DNA of 64,000 bases from Alphaproteobacteria bacterium (GTDB lineage Bacteria > Pseudomonadota > Alphaproteobacteria > Bin95), in NCBI GenBank assembly GCA_963665325.3, contig CAXXWS020000004.1, forward strand, positions 32,001-96,000, in the 5' to 3' direction. The position numbers and the translations under genes are program-made. Below the pieces are notes generated by a model that made no database searches, was not told where the DNA came from, and saw nothing but the letters and a program-made list of their open reading frames with translations. Of the stretch, positions 18,473 to 28,257 are shown piece by piece (position 1 is the first letter of the stretch; each line of letters opens with the position of its first letter).

Positions 18473-19527
18473 ACGCGCGCCCGGACAATGCGGGCGGCGG
18501 CGCTACCGCGCTGCTCGAAGTCCGCGACCTCCGGAAATATTTCCCGGTGCGCGGCGGCATCCTCAACCGCGCCGTGGCCTGGGTGCAGGCGGTGGACGAT
18601 ATCGACCTCGACGTGCTGCCGGGCGAGGTGCTGGGCATTGTCGGCGAGTCGGGCTGCGGGAAATCGACGACGGCGCGCCTGCTCATGCACCTCATCCGCG
18701 CCGATGCCGGCCGCATCGTCTTCGACGGCGAGCCCGTCCAGCCGGACGACGCGGCGGGCCTGCGCGAGCTCCGCCGCCAGATGCAGATGGTGTTCCAGGA
18801 CTCCTACTCCTCCCTCAACCCGCGCCTGCCCATCGAGGACACGATCATGTTCGGGCCGAAGGTCCACGGCGTGTCGTCGGCCGAAGCGCGCGAGCGGGCG
18901 CGGGAGCTGTTCTCGCTGGTGGGGCTGGACCCGGCGCAGTTCATCCGGCGCTACCCGCACGAGCTTTCCGGCGGGCAGCGCCAGCGGGTGAATATCGCCC
19001 GCGCGCTCGCGCTGGAACCCAGGCTGCTCATCCTCGACGAGGCGGTCTCCGCGCTCGACAAGTCGGTGGAGGCGCAGGTGCTGAACCTGCTGCTGACGCT
19101 TCGCCGCGAGCTCGGCCTCACCTACATCTTCATCTCGCACGACCTCAATGTCGTGCAGTATATGAGCGACCGGGTGCTGGTGATGTATCTCGGCAAGGTG
19201 GTCGAGATCGGCCCGACGGCCGAAATCTACCGGCGCATGCAGCATCCCTATACCGAGGCGCTGCTCTCCGCCATGCCGTCGATGGACCCCGACCGGCGCA
19301 CCGAGACCCCGCCGCTGGTGGGCGACCCGCCGAACCCCATCGACCCGCCGCCCGGATGTCGTTTCCACACGCGATGCCGCTTCGCAGAGGATGTCTGCCG
19401 CCGCGCCGAGCCGCCCCTCGGGCCGGCGGCCGGGCAGGAAGCGGCGAACGGGCAGGGAGCGGATCATCTCGTCGCCTGCCACATGCGCGTGGCGGCCTCC
19501 GGTCACAGCCTTGCGCCGGCCGGGTAG
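18469..19527 (+). CDS. ABC ATP-binding protein (DppF-like)
   Basis: GESGCGKST, LSGGQRQR, HPYT, GCRFHTRC. Confidence 0.93.
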   Translation: MNARPDNAGGGATALLEVRDLRKYFPVRGGILNRAVAWVQAVDDIDLDVLPGEVLGIVGESGCGKSTTARLLMHLIRADAGRIVFDGEPVQPDDAAGLRELRRQMQMVFQDSYSSLNPRLPIEDTIMFGPKVHGVSSAEARERARELFSLVGLDPAQFIRRYPHELSGGQRQRVNIARALALEPRLLILDEAVSALDKSVEAQVLNLLLTLRRELGLTYIFISHDLNVVQYMSDRVLVMYLGKVVEIGPTAEIYRRMQHPYTEALLSAMPSMDPDRRTETPPLVGDPPNPIDPPPGCRFHTRCRFAEDVCRRAEPPLGPAAGQEAANGQGADHLVACHMRVAASGHSLAPAG

Positions 19528-19531
19528 CGCG

Positions 19532-20509
19532 ATGACGGCGCCCGCAGCAGCCGAACCCGTCGTCCGCGCCGAGGACGTGGCCGTCAGCTTCGTCGGCCGC
19601 GACGCCACCGTGAACGCGGTGAACGGCGTGTCCTTCACGCTCGACCCCGGCGAGGTGCTCTGCATTCTCGGCGAATCGGGCTCCGGCAAGAGCGTTACTT
19701 TGCGCGCGCTCATGCGCCTCCTCCCCTCCCGCCGGGCGCGGCTCTCCGGAAGCATCGAAATCTCGGGGCTGGACGTGATGGCGATGAGCGACCGGGCGCT
19801 CGCGGACCTGCGCGGCACCGAGGTCGGCATGATCTTCCAGGAGCCGATGGTGGCGTTCGACCCGGTCTATACGGTCGGCACGCAGATCACCGAAACCATC
19901 GTCCGCCACGAGGGGGTGAGTCGCGAACAGGCCCGGCGCCGCGCGCTCGACCTGCTCGACCGGGTGCGTATCCCCTCGCCCGAGCGGCGGCTGCGCGCCT
20001 ATCCGCACGAGCTTTCGGGCGGGATGCGCCAGCGCGCGATGATCGCGCTCGCGCTCAGCTGCCAGCCGAGGCTGCTGCTGGCCGACGAGCCGACGACCGC
20101 GCTCGATGCGACGGTGCAGATCCAGATACTCCTGCTGCTGCGCGAGTTGCAGCGGGAACTCGGCATGGCCGTCATCTTCGTCACCCACGATGTGGGCGTG
20201 GCGGTCGAGATCGCCGACCGGATCGCAGTGATGTATGGCGGCAAGTTCGTCGAGACCGGCCCGGTGCGCGAGATCATGGGCAATCCCCGGCACCCCTATA
20301 CCCAGGGGCTGCTGGCCTCGACCGTCCACAGCGCATCTCGCGGCCAGACGCTGGAGGCCATTCCGGGATCGCCGCCGGACATGACGCAGCTTCCGCCGGG
20401 CTGCGCTTTCGCGCCCCGCTGCCGTTTCGCCGAGCCCGCGTGCGAGTCCCCGCCCGCCGCCACCCAACTATCGCCGGACCACATGGTGCGCTGCATCCGC
20501 GCGGCGTAA
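19532..20509 (+). CDS. ABC ATP-binding protein (DppD-like)
   Basis: GESGSGKS, LSGGMRQR, ADEPTTALD. Confidence 0.93.
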   Translation: MTAPAAAEPVVRAEDVAVSFVGRDATVNAVNGVSFTLDPGEVLCILGESGSGKSVTLRALMRLLPSRRARLSGSIEISGLDVMAMSDRALADLRGTEVGMIFQEPMVAFDPVYTVGTQITETIVRHEGVSREQARRRALDLLDRVRIPSPERRLRAYPHELSGGMRQRAMIALALSCQPRLLLADEPTTALDATVQIQILLLLRELQRELGMAVIFVTHDVGVAVEIADRIAVMYGGKFVETGPVREIMGNPRHPYTQGLLASTVHSASRGQTLEAIPGSPPDMTQLPPGCAFAPRCRFAEPACESPPAATQLSPDHMVRCIRAA

Positions 20510-20575
20510 AGCGCGGCGCGGCCCAGCTTATCGCAAGCCTTCGGCGCAGGCCGTGACCCTGGTGAGAAATGCCGG

Positions 20576-21403
20576 CTAGTGGTAGGGGCGATCACCCTTG
20601 ATGGTCACGCGCACCCCGCTTCTCGTCTCGGGATAGTAGTCCCAGGTCGCATGGTGCTGCGTGCAACGGTTGTCCCACATGGCGATCGAGTTCTTCTGCC
20701 ACCGGAACCGGCACTGGAACTCCGGCTTGGCGTTGTGCGCATAGAGGAACTCGAGCAGCGCATTGCTCTCCGTCTGCGTCATGCCCACGATATTCTGCGT
20801 GAAGGGCTGGTTCACATAGATGAGCTTGCGGCCGGTTTCGGGATGGGTGCGGATCACCGGGTGTATAGCGTGCGGATGCTCCTCCCGGCGCAGGCCGCCG
20901 CCGATCTGCTCGTAGCGGTTGCGATGCACCTCGGCGGTGTGCAGCGCCTGCAATGGGTCGAGGACGTTCTTCATGGTGTCGGAGAGAGCATCGTAGGCGG
21001 CGTACATGTTTGCGAACAACGTGTCGCCGCCGACCGACGGCACCGTGCTCAGGTGCAGGATGCTCGCCATCGGAGGCTCTTCGTCCGCGCTCACGTCGGT
21101 GTGCCAGGCGGTGCCCTCGGCGAAGGGCGAGGTCCCATCGGCGTGGATCTTCATGAGTTCCTGCCGATCGTCCACGCATGGCGCGGAGGGGTGGATGTGG
21201 AGTTCGCCGAAGCGGCGGCCGAACGCCACATGCTGTTCGTGGTCGATGTCCTGGTCGCGGAAGAAGAGCACGAGGTGCTCGAGCAGCCCTCCGTGCAGCG
21301 TGCGGAACGCCTCGTCGTCGAGCGGCTCCCGCAGGTCCACGCCATGCACTTCTGCACCGATATGGCGGGTGAGCGGCCTGAACTCGATCGTGTCGTTTCT
21401 CAT
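20576..21403 (-). CDS. TauD/TfdA family 2-oxoglutarate dioxygenase
   Basis: WHTD, GGDTLF, HPVIRTHPETG, WDNRCTQH. Confidence 0.92.
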   Translation of the reverse strand: MRNDTIEFRPLTRHIGAEVHGVDLREPLDDEAFRTLHGGLLEHLVLFFRDQDIDHEQHVAFGRRFGELHIHPSAPCVDDRQELMKIHADGTSPFAEGTAWHTDVSADEEPPMASILHLSTVPSVGGDTLFANMYAAYDALSDTMKNVLDPLQALHTAEVHRNRYEQIGGGLRREEHPHAIHPVIRTHPETGRKLIYVNQPFTQNIVGMTQTESNALLEFLYAHNAKPEFQCRFRWQKNSIAMWDNRCTQHHATWDYYPETRSGVRVTIKGDRPYH

Positions 21404-21480
21404 TCTTTCCTCCCTTTGCGAACGGACACACCGGTGCCCGCAATCATGCGCAAGCCCGCATGCATGCGTCAATCCGGATT

Positions 21481-22908
21481 TCAGCCCGCGTGTATGGACG
21501 GGCGGCGATGGGCCCAGGGCGCGGCCTGCTCCAGCGCCGAGGCGACCCGGAACAGGGCCGCTTCGTCGCCGTAGGGCGCGACGAACTGGACGCCGATGGG
21601 CAGACCGTCCCCGTTCCAGTGCAGCGGAACGGAGGCGGCCGGATTGCCGGATGCATTGAACACCGAGGTGAAGGCGATGGTGCGCATGACATCGCGCCAT
21701 TGCGCCTCGGCGTCTTCGCGCGAGGGCGAGAGCAGCCCGAGCGGCATGGGAGGAACAGGCATGGTGGGCGTGATGAGAAGGTCGAAATCCACGAAGAACC
21801 GCGCCACGAGCCGGCCGAGCGCATGGATACCGTTGAGGGCGCGCACATAGTCGGCGCCGGTGCTGCGGTCGCGCCGCGCCATTGCGAGGTTGTTCTTCTC
21901 CACATCCTCCCCGGTTGCCGGGCGGCCGAGGCCTTGCTCGACCAGTTCCACCGTCTCGCGCGTATTGCTGTAGATGATCTGCATGTCGGCATCGAGCAGC
22001 GCACGGGGAATCGGAAGGCTCGCCTCCTCTACCTCGAGGCCCAGTCCCCGGCACAGGCCCGCCGCTCTGTCGACGGCCTCCAGGCAGTCGGGATGCGTCC
22101 CGACGCCGAACCAGGCCTCGCGGACGACCGCGACCTTCATTCCGGCGACATCCCTGCCCAGTTCTTCCACAAACGGCCGCTGCGGCGGCTCGGCCCAGTA
22201 GGGCGCGCCGACATCGGGGCCCGCCGTGCAGTCGAGAAGCAAAGCGCTGTCGCGCACACTCCTCGAAACGGCGTGAACGGTCGCGAGGCCGGACCAGCCC
22301 TCGCCAACGAGGGGACCCATGGGATTGCGGCCGCGCGACGGCTTCAGCCCGAACAGCCCCGTGCAGGACGCGGGCACGCGGATCGAGCCGCCGCCGTCGG
22401 AGGCATTCGCGATCGGCAGCACGCCAGCCGCCACCATGCTGGACGCCCCGCCCGACGAGCCTCCCGACGTCAGCTCCGGGTTCCAGGGGTTGCGCGTCAT
22501 GCCGTGGAGCGCGGATTCCGTGGTCGTGGAGAGGCCGAATTCCGGCGAGGCCGTCCGCCCGAATATGCTGAGTCCGGCGGCCTTGTAGCGGCTGACCATC
22601 TCGCCGTCCTGCCCGGCGACCTTTCCCGCCAGCGCGCGGCAGCCATTGCTCTGCTTCTGCCCTTCATAGTCCTGGTAGAGGTCCTTAAGGAGGAACGGGA
22701 CGCCGTGCAGGGGGCCACGGGGCAAGCCCTCGCGGGCGCGGACCCTGGCGTGGTCGTACCACGGATAGACGAGCGCATTGAGCCGGGGATTGACGCGCTC
22801 GGCCCGCTCGATCGCCTCCTCCAGAACTTCCGGAGCCGAAACTTCTCCACGAGCGACCAGATCTGCAAGATCCGTCGCATCGAGATCGGCATAACCCTGA
22901 ATCGCCAT
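21481..22908 (-). CDS. Amidase signature family protein
   Basis: GGSSGG, ASDGGGSIRVPASCTG. Confidence 0.93.
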   Translation of the reverse strand: MAIQGYADLDATDLADLVARGEVSAPEVLEEAIERAERVNPRLNALVYPWYDHARVRAREGLPRGPLHGVPFLLKDLYQDYEGQKQSNGCRALAGKVAGQDGEMVSRYKAAGLSIFGRTASPEFGLSTTTESALHGMTRNPWNPELTSGGSSGGASSMVAAGVLPIANASDGGGSIRVPASCTGLFGLKPSRGRNPMGPLVGEGWSGLATVHAVSRSVRDSALLLDCTAGPDVGAPYWAEPPQRPFVEELGRDVAGMKVAVVREAWFGVGTHPDCLEAVDRAAGLCRGLGLEVEEASLPIPRALLDADMQIIYSNTRETVELVEQGLGRPATGEDVEKNNLAMARRDRSTGADYVRALNGIHALGRLVARFFVDFDLLITPTMPVPPMPLGLLSPSREDAEAQWRDVMRTIAFTSVFNASGNPAASVPLHWNGDGLPIGVQFVAPYGDEAALFRVASALEQAAPWAHRRPSIHAG

Positions 22909-22971
22909 CGGTCTCTCCCGCTAAAGCACGGTCCGTTCGAGTTGAAACGAAGTCGAACGTGCAGTCTCAAC

Positions 22972-23075
22972 TGTCACCCCGGACGGAGCGCAGCGGAGAT
23001 CCGGGGCCCAGCCTACCGGGACTTCACCAGGTTTCGAAGGCGGTTCTGGACCCCGGCTCGTGGGCCGGGGTGACG
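22972..23075. repeat. Second REP-like palindromic element (GTCACCCCGG...CCGGGGTGAC)
   Basis: Terminal inverted repeats with internal hairpins in an intergenic region. Confidence 0.6.
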
Positions 23076-23251
23076 GTTTTGGGTTCGGTCCCGATTGCAA
23101 TTCAATCCGGATGGATTCCGCTCTAAAGACACCGGTTGCGTCGGCGCGATTGTAGCGCGGCGAGGTGCGGCATCCGAAGATTGTCAGGCAAGTCGGGACC
23201 CCGGAGCAAACACCGCTATAGTGCCGCCGCCATCGAGGGGAGGCGCTTCGC

Positions 23252-23896
23252 ATGAGGCTCAAGGGACAAGTCGTTCCCGTTACGCCGTTCCAGCAGAACT
23301 GCTCGATCGTCTGGTCGGAGGCGACCATGACGGGCGCAGTTATCGATCCCGGCGGGGACCTGCCGCGCATCCGCGCCGCCGTCGAGGAGCAGGGCGTGAC
23401 GGTCGAGAAGATCCTGCTGACCCACGGCCATGTCGATCACGCCGCCGGCGCAGGCACGCTCGCTGCCGAGCTGGGCGTGCCCATCGAGGGTCCGCACGAG
23501 GCCGACCGGTTCCTGATCGAGGGCCTGCCGGAGCAGGCGGAGCAGTTCGGCTTCGGGCCCGCCATTGCGTTCGAGCCGGCGCGTTGGCTCGACGAGGGCG
23601 ATGAGGTGACGGTCTCCGACCTGGTGCTGGAAGTGCGCCACTGCCCCGGCCACACGCCGGGCCATGTGATCTTCTTCCACCGCCCGTCGAACCTGGCCGT
23701 GGTGGGCGACGTGCTGTTTCAGGGCTCCATCGGGCGCACCGACCTGCCCGGCGGCGACCATGCCGCGCTGATCCGCTCGATCCGCACCAGGCTCTGGCCG
23801 CTCGGCTCTGATATCACCTTCCTGCCGGGGCACGGGCCGATGTCCACTTTCGCTGCCGAAAGGGCCGGAAACCCCTTCGTCGGCGACGGCGTCTAG
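23252..23896 (+). CDS. MBL-fold metallohydrolase (glyoxalase II/YcbL-like)
   Basis: THGHVDH, PGHTPG, GDVLF.GSIGRTD, PGHG. Confidence 0.92.
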   Translation: MRLKGQVVPVTPFQQNCSIVWSEATMTGAVIDPGGDLPRIRAAVEEQGVTVEKILLTHGHVDHAAGAGTLAAELGVPIEGPHEADRFLIEGLPEQAEQFGFGPAIAFEPARWLDEGDEVTVSDLVLEVRHCPGHTPGHVIFFHRPSNLAVVGDVLFQGSIGRTDLPGGDHAALIRSIRTRLWPLGSDITFLPGHGPMSTFAAERAGNPFVGDGV

Positions 23897-23964
23897 TGTC
23901 CCGTTTCCGGAGTTCGCGGGCCGTTGCCCGAGGCTCCCCATCCCGTCTCGGCCGGTCCCCATGT

Positions 23965-24050
23965 CGTCATGGCCGGACTTGTTCCGGCCATCCACTTTCG
24001 CCACCGCAACTGCCCCGAGGGAGATGCCCGGAACAAGTCCGGGCATGACG
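23965..24050. repeat. CGTC-type REP-like inverted dimer (inverted copy of 14610-14695)
   Basis: 86 bp, near-identical to the reverse complement of the 14.6-kb copy. Confidence 0.85.
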
Positions 24051-24072
24051 GAGGAGCGGCCGGTCCGGGCTG

Positions 24073-24594
24073 CTATTCCTCCAGCTTGAGGCCGGGGATG
24101 CCGAGCTTCCCGGTGCGCTCGATCTTGGCCACGATGCGCGCATCGTGGCGGAACCACTGGCCCGCCTCCTTGTCCGGATTGGCCTTGGCCCATTCCTTAA
24201 CGAACCAGTTGCCGCGCGCCCACTTGCCGTCCGGGTCTGCCGATTTCTTGAACTGGACGGCGAACATGGGCAGCTTCGGGTTCTCGATCAGCAGGCCGTC
24301 CACCACCGTCTTCTGGCCACAGAAGGGCAGCAGGTCGGCCTGCGTGCCGGCGAAGGGGTCGAAGTTCTTGGCTGCCGGGATAAGGCGGCCTTCTTCGGTG
24401 AGCAATCCAAGCTGGCGCTTGCCGCCGCCGCAATTGTCGGGGCAGTCGTCGGTCAGCTCGCAGACGATATCGACGACGGTCACAGTCAACCGCGCCTTCT
24501 CCTCATATTCGATGCCCCACTCCTCTGCGGCAACAGCGGGACCGGCCATCATCGCAAGGCCCAAAAGGGCGGACAGAATACGCATAGCGTTCAC
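24073..24594 (-). CDS. Secreted hypothetical protein, 3-Cys motif
   Basis: Signal peptide; VVDIVCELTDDCPDNCGGG. Confidence 0.75.
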   Translation of the reverse strand: MNAMRILSALLGLAMMAGPAVAAEEWGIEYEEKARLTVTVVDIVCELTDDCPDNCGGGKRQLGLLTEEGRLIPAAKNFDPFAGTQADLLPFCGQKTVVDGLLIENPKLPMFAVQFKKSADPDGKWARGNWFVKEWAKANPDKEAGQWFRHDARIVAKIERTGKLGIPGLKLEE

Positions 24595-25007
24595 TCCCCG
24601 AACGGCATGATGCCGTATTCTTCGTGGGTCAGGTTGACGACGCCGCCGTCCTCGGCGACCTGCGTCACGATCAGGTAGTTGACGCCGTCGCGCTTGTAGA
24701 GGTCGCCGTCCACCGTCACCTTGTGGGACTGGATGTCGATGACGCGCGGATTGTCCACCGGGTCCTCGTCCTCGATGCGCAGCACCATATAGACCTGCCC
24801 GTCATCGCCCTTGATGGAGACCGGGATGCCGCCCACCGCGCACCAGACCGCGCACTGGTGATGCGCGGTACCTTCCGCGAACATAATCTCCGTGACATAG
24901 CACCAGGTGTCGATGACCTCGCCGGCGACGCGGACGCGCTCCGGCGTGGCGGCTTGCGCCCCGGAAACGCAGGCGAGCGCCAGAATTCCCGCCAGCAATG
25001 CCTTCAT
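24591..25007 (-). CDS. Secreted hypothetical protein, Cys/His motif
   Basis: Signal peptide; GEVIDTWCY...HHQCAVWCAVGGIP; ATGA-coupled to cytochrome c. Confidence 0.75.
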   Translation of the reverse strand: MKALLAGILALACVSGAQAATPERVRVAGEVIDTWCYVTEIMFAEGTAHHQCAVWCAVGGIPVSIKGDDGQVYMVLRIEDEDPVDNPRVIDIQSHKVTVDGDLYKRDGVNYLIVTQVAEDGGVVNLTHEEYGIMPFGE

Positions 25008-25378
25008 TGAACCGCACTCCTCAGATAAGCGATGACGGCAGCGCGCTGCCCGGCCTTCCTGAAGCCCGGAAACGCCATGCGCGTGCCCTTTGCGAACGCC
25101 CTCGGCTTGGTCAACCAGGCGTCGAGATTTTCCTCGGTCCAGGTCTTGCCCTTGTGCCTGCCGAGCCCCTTGGAATATTTGAAACCCGGCGCCGAGGCGA
25201 TGGGACGCCCGACCACGCCCCAGAGGTTCGGGCCGACCTTCTTCTTTCCGGTCTCGTCGAGGCGGTGGCAGACCGTGCATTTCTTCTTGAAGAGCTTTGC
25301 GCCGTCGACATCCGCTGCCGGCGCCGCACCGATACCGCCGACGAGCACGGCCGCAACGGCGATTGCGATGATTCGCAT
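25004..25378 (-). CDS. Class I cytochrome c (c2-like)
   Basis: CTVCH, KVGPNLWGV, GTRMAF. Confidence 0.92.
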   Translation of the reverse strand: MRIIAIAVAAVLVGGIGAAPAADVDGAKLFKKKCTVCHRLDETGKKKVGPNLWGVVGRPIASAPGFKYSKGLGRHKGKTWTEENLDAWLTKPRAFAKGTRMAFPGFRKAGQRAAVIAYLRSAVQ

Positions 25379-25532
25379 GACCCGGAGACCCTCCCGTTGC
25401 GTGGCGCCCAGCATCAAATTACAGCCCGAAAGATACCGGCGCCAGCGTTCCGGCCGGCGCAATCTTCACTTTTCCGTGTGCATCAGGGGCGCTTTTGCGC
25501 TAAGCTGAAAGTTCGGTCATAGCGACCGTGAC

Positions 25533-25548
25533 CCACAAGATATAGCGT
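25533..25548. promoter_or_regulatory. NrdR box
   Basis: CCACAAGATATAGCGT upstream of nrdA; a weaker second box near 25567-25580. Confidence 0.65.
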
Positions 25549-25592
25549 GTATCGTTGGAAAGATGCGCACTGATTGTGGTTGGAGGCAGGAG

Positions 25593-27473
25593 ATGGACGG
25601 TTCCGGCGAACTACGACTCCGCGACCGCGATGCCGACAGCACGGCGCCGCTGCTGCCCCATCTGCATGCCGACGAGGTCTATCAGAACGAGCGCGGCATC
25701 CGCGTCGTGCTCGACCGCGGCCGCGACGGTCTGCTGACCCGCTTCGGCAAGGAGACGCTGGAAGACCGCTACCTGATGCCGGGCGAGTCCTACCAGGACC
25801 TGTTCGCCCGCGTCGCCGGCCATTTCGCCGACGACAGCGCGCACGCCCAGCGGCTCTACGATTACATCTCGAAGCTCTGGTTCATGCCGGCAACGCCCGT
25901 GCTGTCCAATGGCGGTACGAAGCGCGGCCTCCCGATCTCCTGCTTCCTGAACGAGGCCGACGACAGCCTGGAGGGGATTGTCGGGCTCTGGACGGAGAAT
26001 GTGTGGCTGGCGGCGCGCGGCGGTGGAATCGGCAGCTATTGGGGCAATCTGCGCTCCATCGGCGAGAAGGTCGGCCAGAACGGGCGAACCTCCGGCGTCA
26101 TCCCCTTCGTGCGCGTCATGGATTCGCTCACCCTCGCCATCAGCCAGGGCAGCCTCCGGCGCGGCTCGGCGGCGGTGTATATGCAGGCGAGCCACCCGGA
26201 GATCGAGGAGTTCGTGGAACTGCGCCGGCCGACCGGTGGCGACCCCAACCGCAAGGCGCTCAACCTGCATCACGGCGTGCTGGTGCCGGATGCCTTCATG
26301 CGCGCGGTCGAGGCGGACGAGGAATGGGCGCTCATCAGCCCGCGCGACCACAGCGTGCAGAACCGCATCCGCGCCCGCGACCTCTGGATTCGCATTCTCA
26401 CGGCCCGGATCGAGACCGGCGAGCCTTATCTCATCTTCATCGACCATGTGAACCGCGCCCGGCCCGAACACCACAAGCTGGCGGGCCTGGAGGTGAAGAC
26501 CTCGAACCTCTGCGCCGAGATCGTGCTGCCGACCGGCCCCGACCATCGCGGCGGCGAGCGCACGGCCGTGTGCTGCCTCTCCTCGCTCAATCTCGAGCGC
26601 TATCTGGAATGGGAGCGCGCGCCGGGCTTCATCGAGGACGTGATGCGCTTCCTCGACAATGTATTGCAGGACTTCATCGAGAATGCGCCGGACTCCATGC
26701 ACACGGCCGCCTATGCGGCGATGCGCGAGCGCTCGGTGGGGCTCGGCGTCATGGGCTTCCACAGCTTTCTGCAGAGCCTGAATGTGCCGCTCGAGTCCGT
26801 CATGGCGTCGGTCTGGAACCGGCGCATGTTCTCGCGCATCCAGACGGATGCCGATGCTGCGTCGAAGCGGCTGGCGGACGAGCGCGGCCCCTGCCCCGAT
26901 GCCGCCGATTTCGGCATGGACGAGCGTTTCTCCAACAAGACCGCGATTGCGCCGACGGCCTCCATCTCGATCATCTGCGGCGGCGCCTCGCCCGGCATCG
27001 AGCCGGTGGCGGCCAACGCCTATACCCACAAGACGCTCTCCGGCTCCTTCGCGGTGCGCAACCGCTATCTGGAGGCCCTGCTGGAGAAGGCGGGCCGCAA
27101 CGATGAGGACACCTGGTCGTCGATCACGGTCAACGAAGGCTCGGTGCAGCATCTCGACTTCCTGACCGACGACCAGAAGGCCGTGTTCAAGACCGCGTTC
27201 GAGCTGGACCAGCGCTGGATCGTGGACCTCGCCGCGGAGCGGGCGCCGATGGTGGACCAGGCCCAGTCGGTCAACCTCTTCCTGCCGGCTGACATCCACA
27301 AGCGGGACCTGCACGGCCTGCACACGATGGCCTGGAAGCGCGGCCTGAAGAGCCTCTATTACTGCCGCTCGAAGTCGCTCCAGCGCGCGGAGGCGGTGGG
27401 CGGCAAGCGCGTCGCGCGGCAGGCCGAAGCCCTGCTCAAGGTCGATTACGAGGAATGCCTCGCATGCCAGTGA
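25593..27473 (+). CDS. nrdA: Class I ribonucleotide reductase alpha subunit
   Basis: PISCF, TSNLCAEI, APTASIS, KSLYYCR, C-terminal CLACQ. Confidence 0.93.
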   Translation: MDGSGELRLRDRDADSTAPLLPHLHADEVYQNERGIRVVLDRGRDGLLTRFGKETLEDRYLMPGESYQDLFARVAGHFADDSAHAQRLYDYISKLWFMPATPVLSNGGTKRGLPISCFLNEADDSLEGIVGLWTENVWLAARGGGIGSYWGNLRSIGEKVGQNGRTSGVIPFVRVMDSLTLAISQGSLRRGSAAVYMQASHPEIEEFVELRRPTGGDPNRKALNLHHGVLVPDAFMRAVEADEEWALISPRDHSVQNRIRARDLWIRILTARIETGEPYLIFIDHVNRARPEHHKLAGLEVKTSNLCAEIVLPTGPDHRGGERTAVCCLSSLNLERYLEWERAPGFIEDVMRFLDNVLQDFIENAPDSMHTAAYAAMRERSVGLGVMGFHSFLQSLNVPLESVMASVWNRRMFSRIQTDADAASKRLADERGPCPDAADFGMDERFSNKTAIAPTASISIICGGASPGIEPVAANAYTHKTLSGSFAVRNRYLEALLEKAGRNDEDTWSSITVNEGSVQHLDFLTDDQKAVFKTAFELDQRWIVDLAAERAPMVDQAQSVNLFLPADIHKRDLHGLHTMAWKRGLKSLYYCRSKSLQRAEAVGGKRVARQAEALLKVDYEECLACQ

Positions 27474-28210
27474 GCGGCGGGCCGCTTTCCGGAAAGACCG
27501 CCCTCGTCACCGGCGCCAGCCGCAATATCGGCCGCGAAGTCTGCCTGCGCCTTGCGCGCGACGGCGCTCATGTCTGCGTCAACACCCGCCGGGCCGAGGA
27601 CGCCGCCCGCGCGGTCGTCGCGGAGGTCGAGGCTGCCGGCGGGTCGGCCTCGCTGCACATGGCGGATGTAACCGACGAGGCGGCGGTCGCCGCGATGGCG
27701 GAAGCGGCGGGTCCGGTCGATATCCTGGTCAACAATGCCGCCATCCGCCGCCATGTCCCCTTTCTCGAGTCGACGCTCGCCGACTGGCGTGAGGCGCAGG
27801 CGGTCGTCCTCGAAGGCGCTTTTCTCTGCACCCGCGCGGTGCTGGCATCCATGCGGGTGAAAAGCTGGGGGCGGATCGTCAATATGGGCGGTGTCTCGGC
27901 CCATATGGGCATGTCCGAGCGCGCCCATGTCAGCGCCGCCAAGGCGGGGCTGATCGGCTTCACCAAGGGGCTCGCAAAGGAATTCGGCCTCGACGGCATC
28001 ACCGTCAATTGCGTGGTACCGGGCGTGATCGACACGGTGCGCGACGCCGGCGGGCTCCGGCCCGAACAGGCCAGCGCCGTGCCCATCGCCGTCGGCCGCC
28101 AGGGCCGCCCGGAGGAAGTCGCCGAGACGGTTGTGCATCTCTGCCGGCCGGAAAGCGCCTACATCACCGGCGCGACGATCCATGTGAACGGGGGCGCCTA
28201 CCTGCCCTGA
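27470..28210 (+). CDS. SDR family oxidoreductase
   Basis: TGASRNIG, LVNNA, VSAAK (atypical, lacks the catalytic Tyr). Confidence 0.88.
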   Translation: MSGGPLSGKTALVTGASRNIGREVCLRLARDGAHVCVNTRRAEDAARAVVAEVEAAGGSASLHMADVTDEAAVAAMAEAAGPVDILVNNAAIRRHVPFLESTLADWREAQAVVLEGAFLCTRAVLASMRVKSWGRIVNMGGVSAHMGMSERAHVSAAKAGLIGFTKGLAKEFGLDGITVNCVVPGVIDTVRDAGGLRPEQASAVPIAVGRQGRPEEVAETVVHLCRPESAYITGATIHVNGGAYLP

Positions 28211-28257
28211 CCGACAGCGACGTTCGGCCGGAACGGGCAAAGGATCGCTACGGCAAG

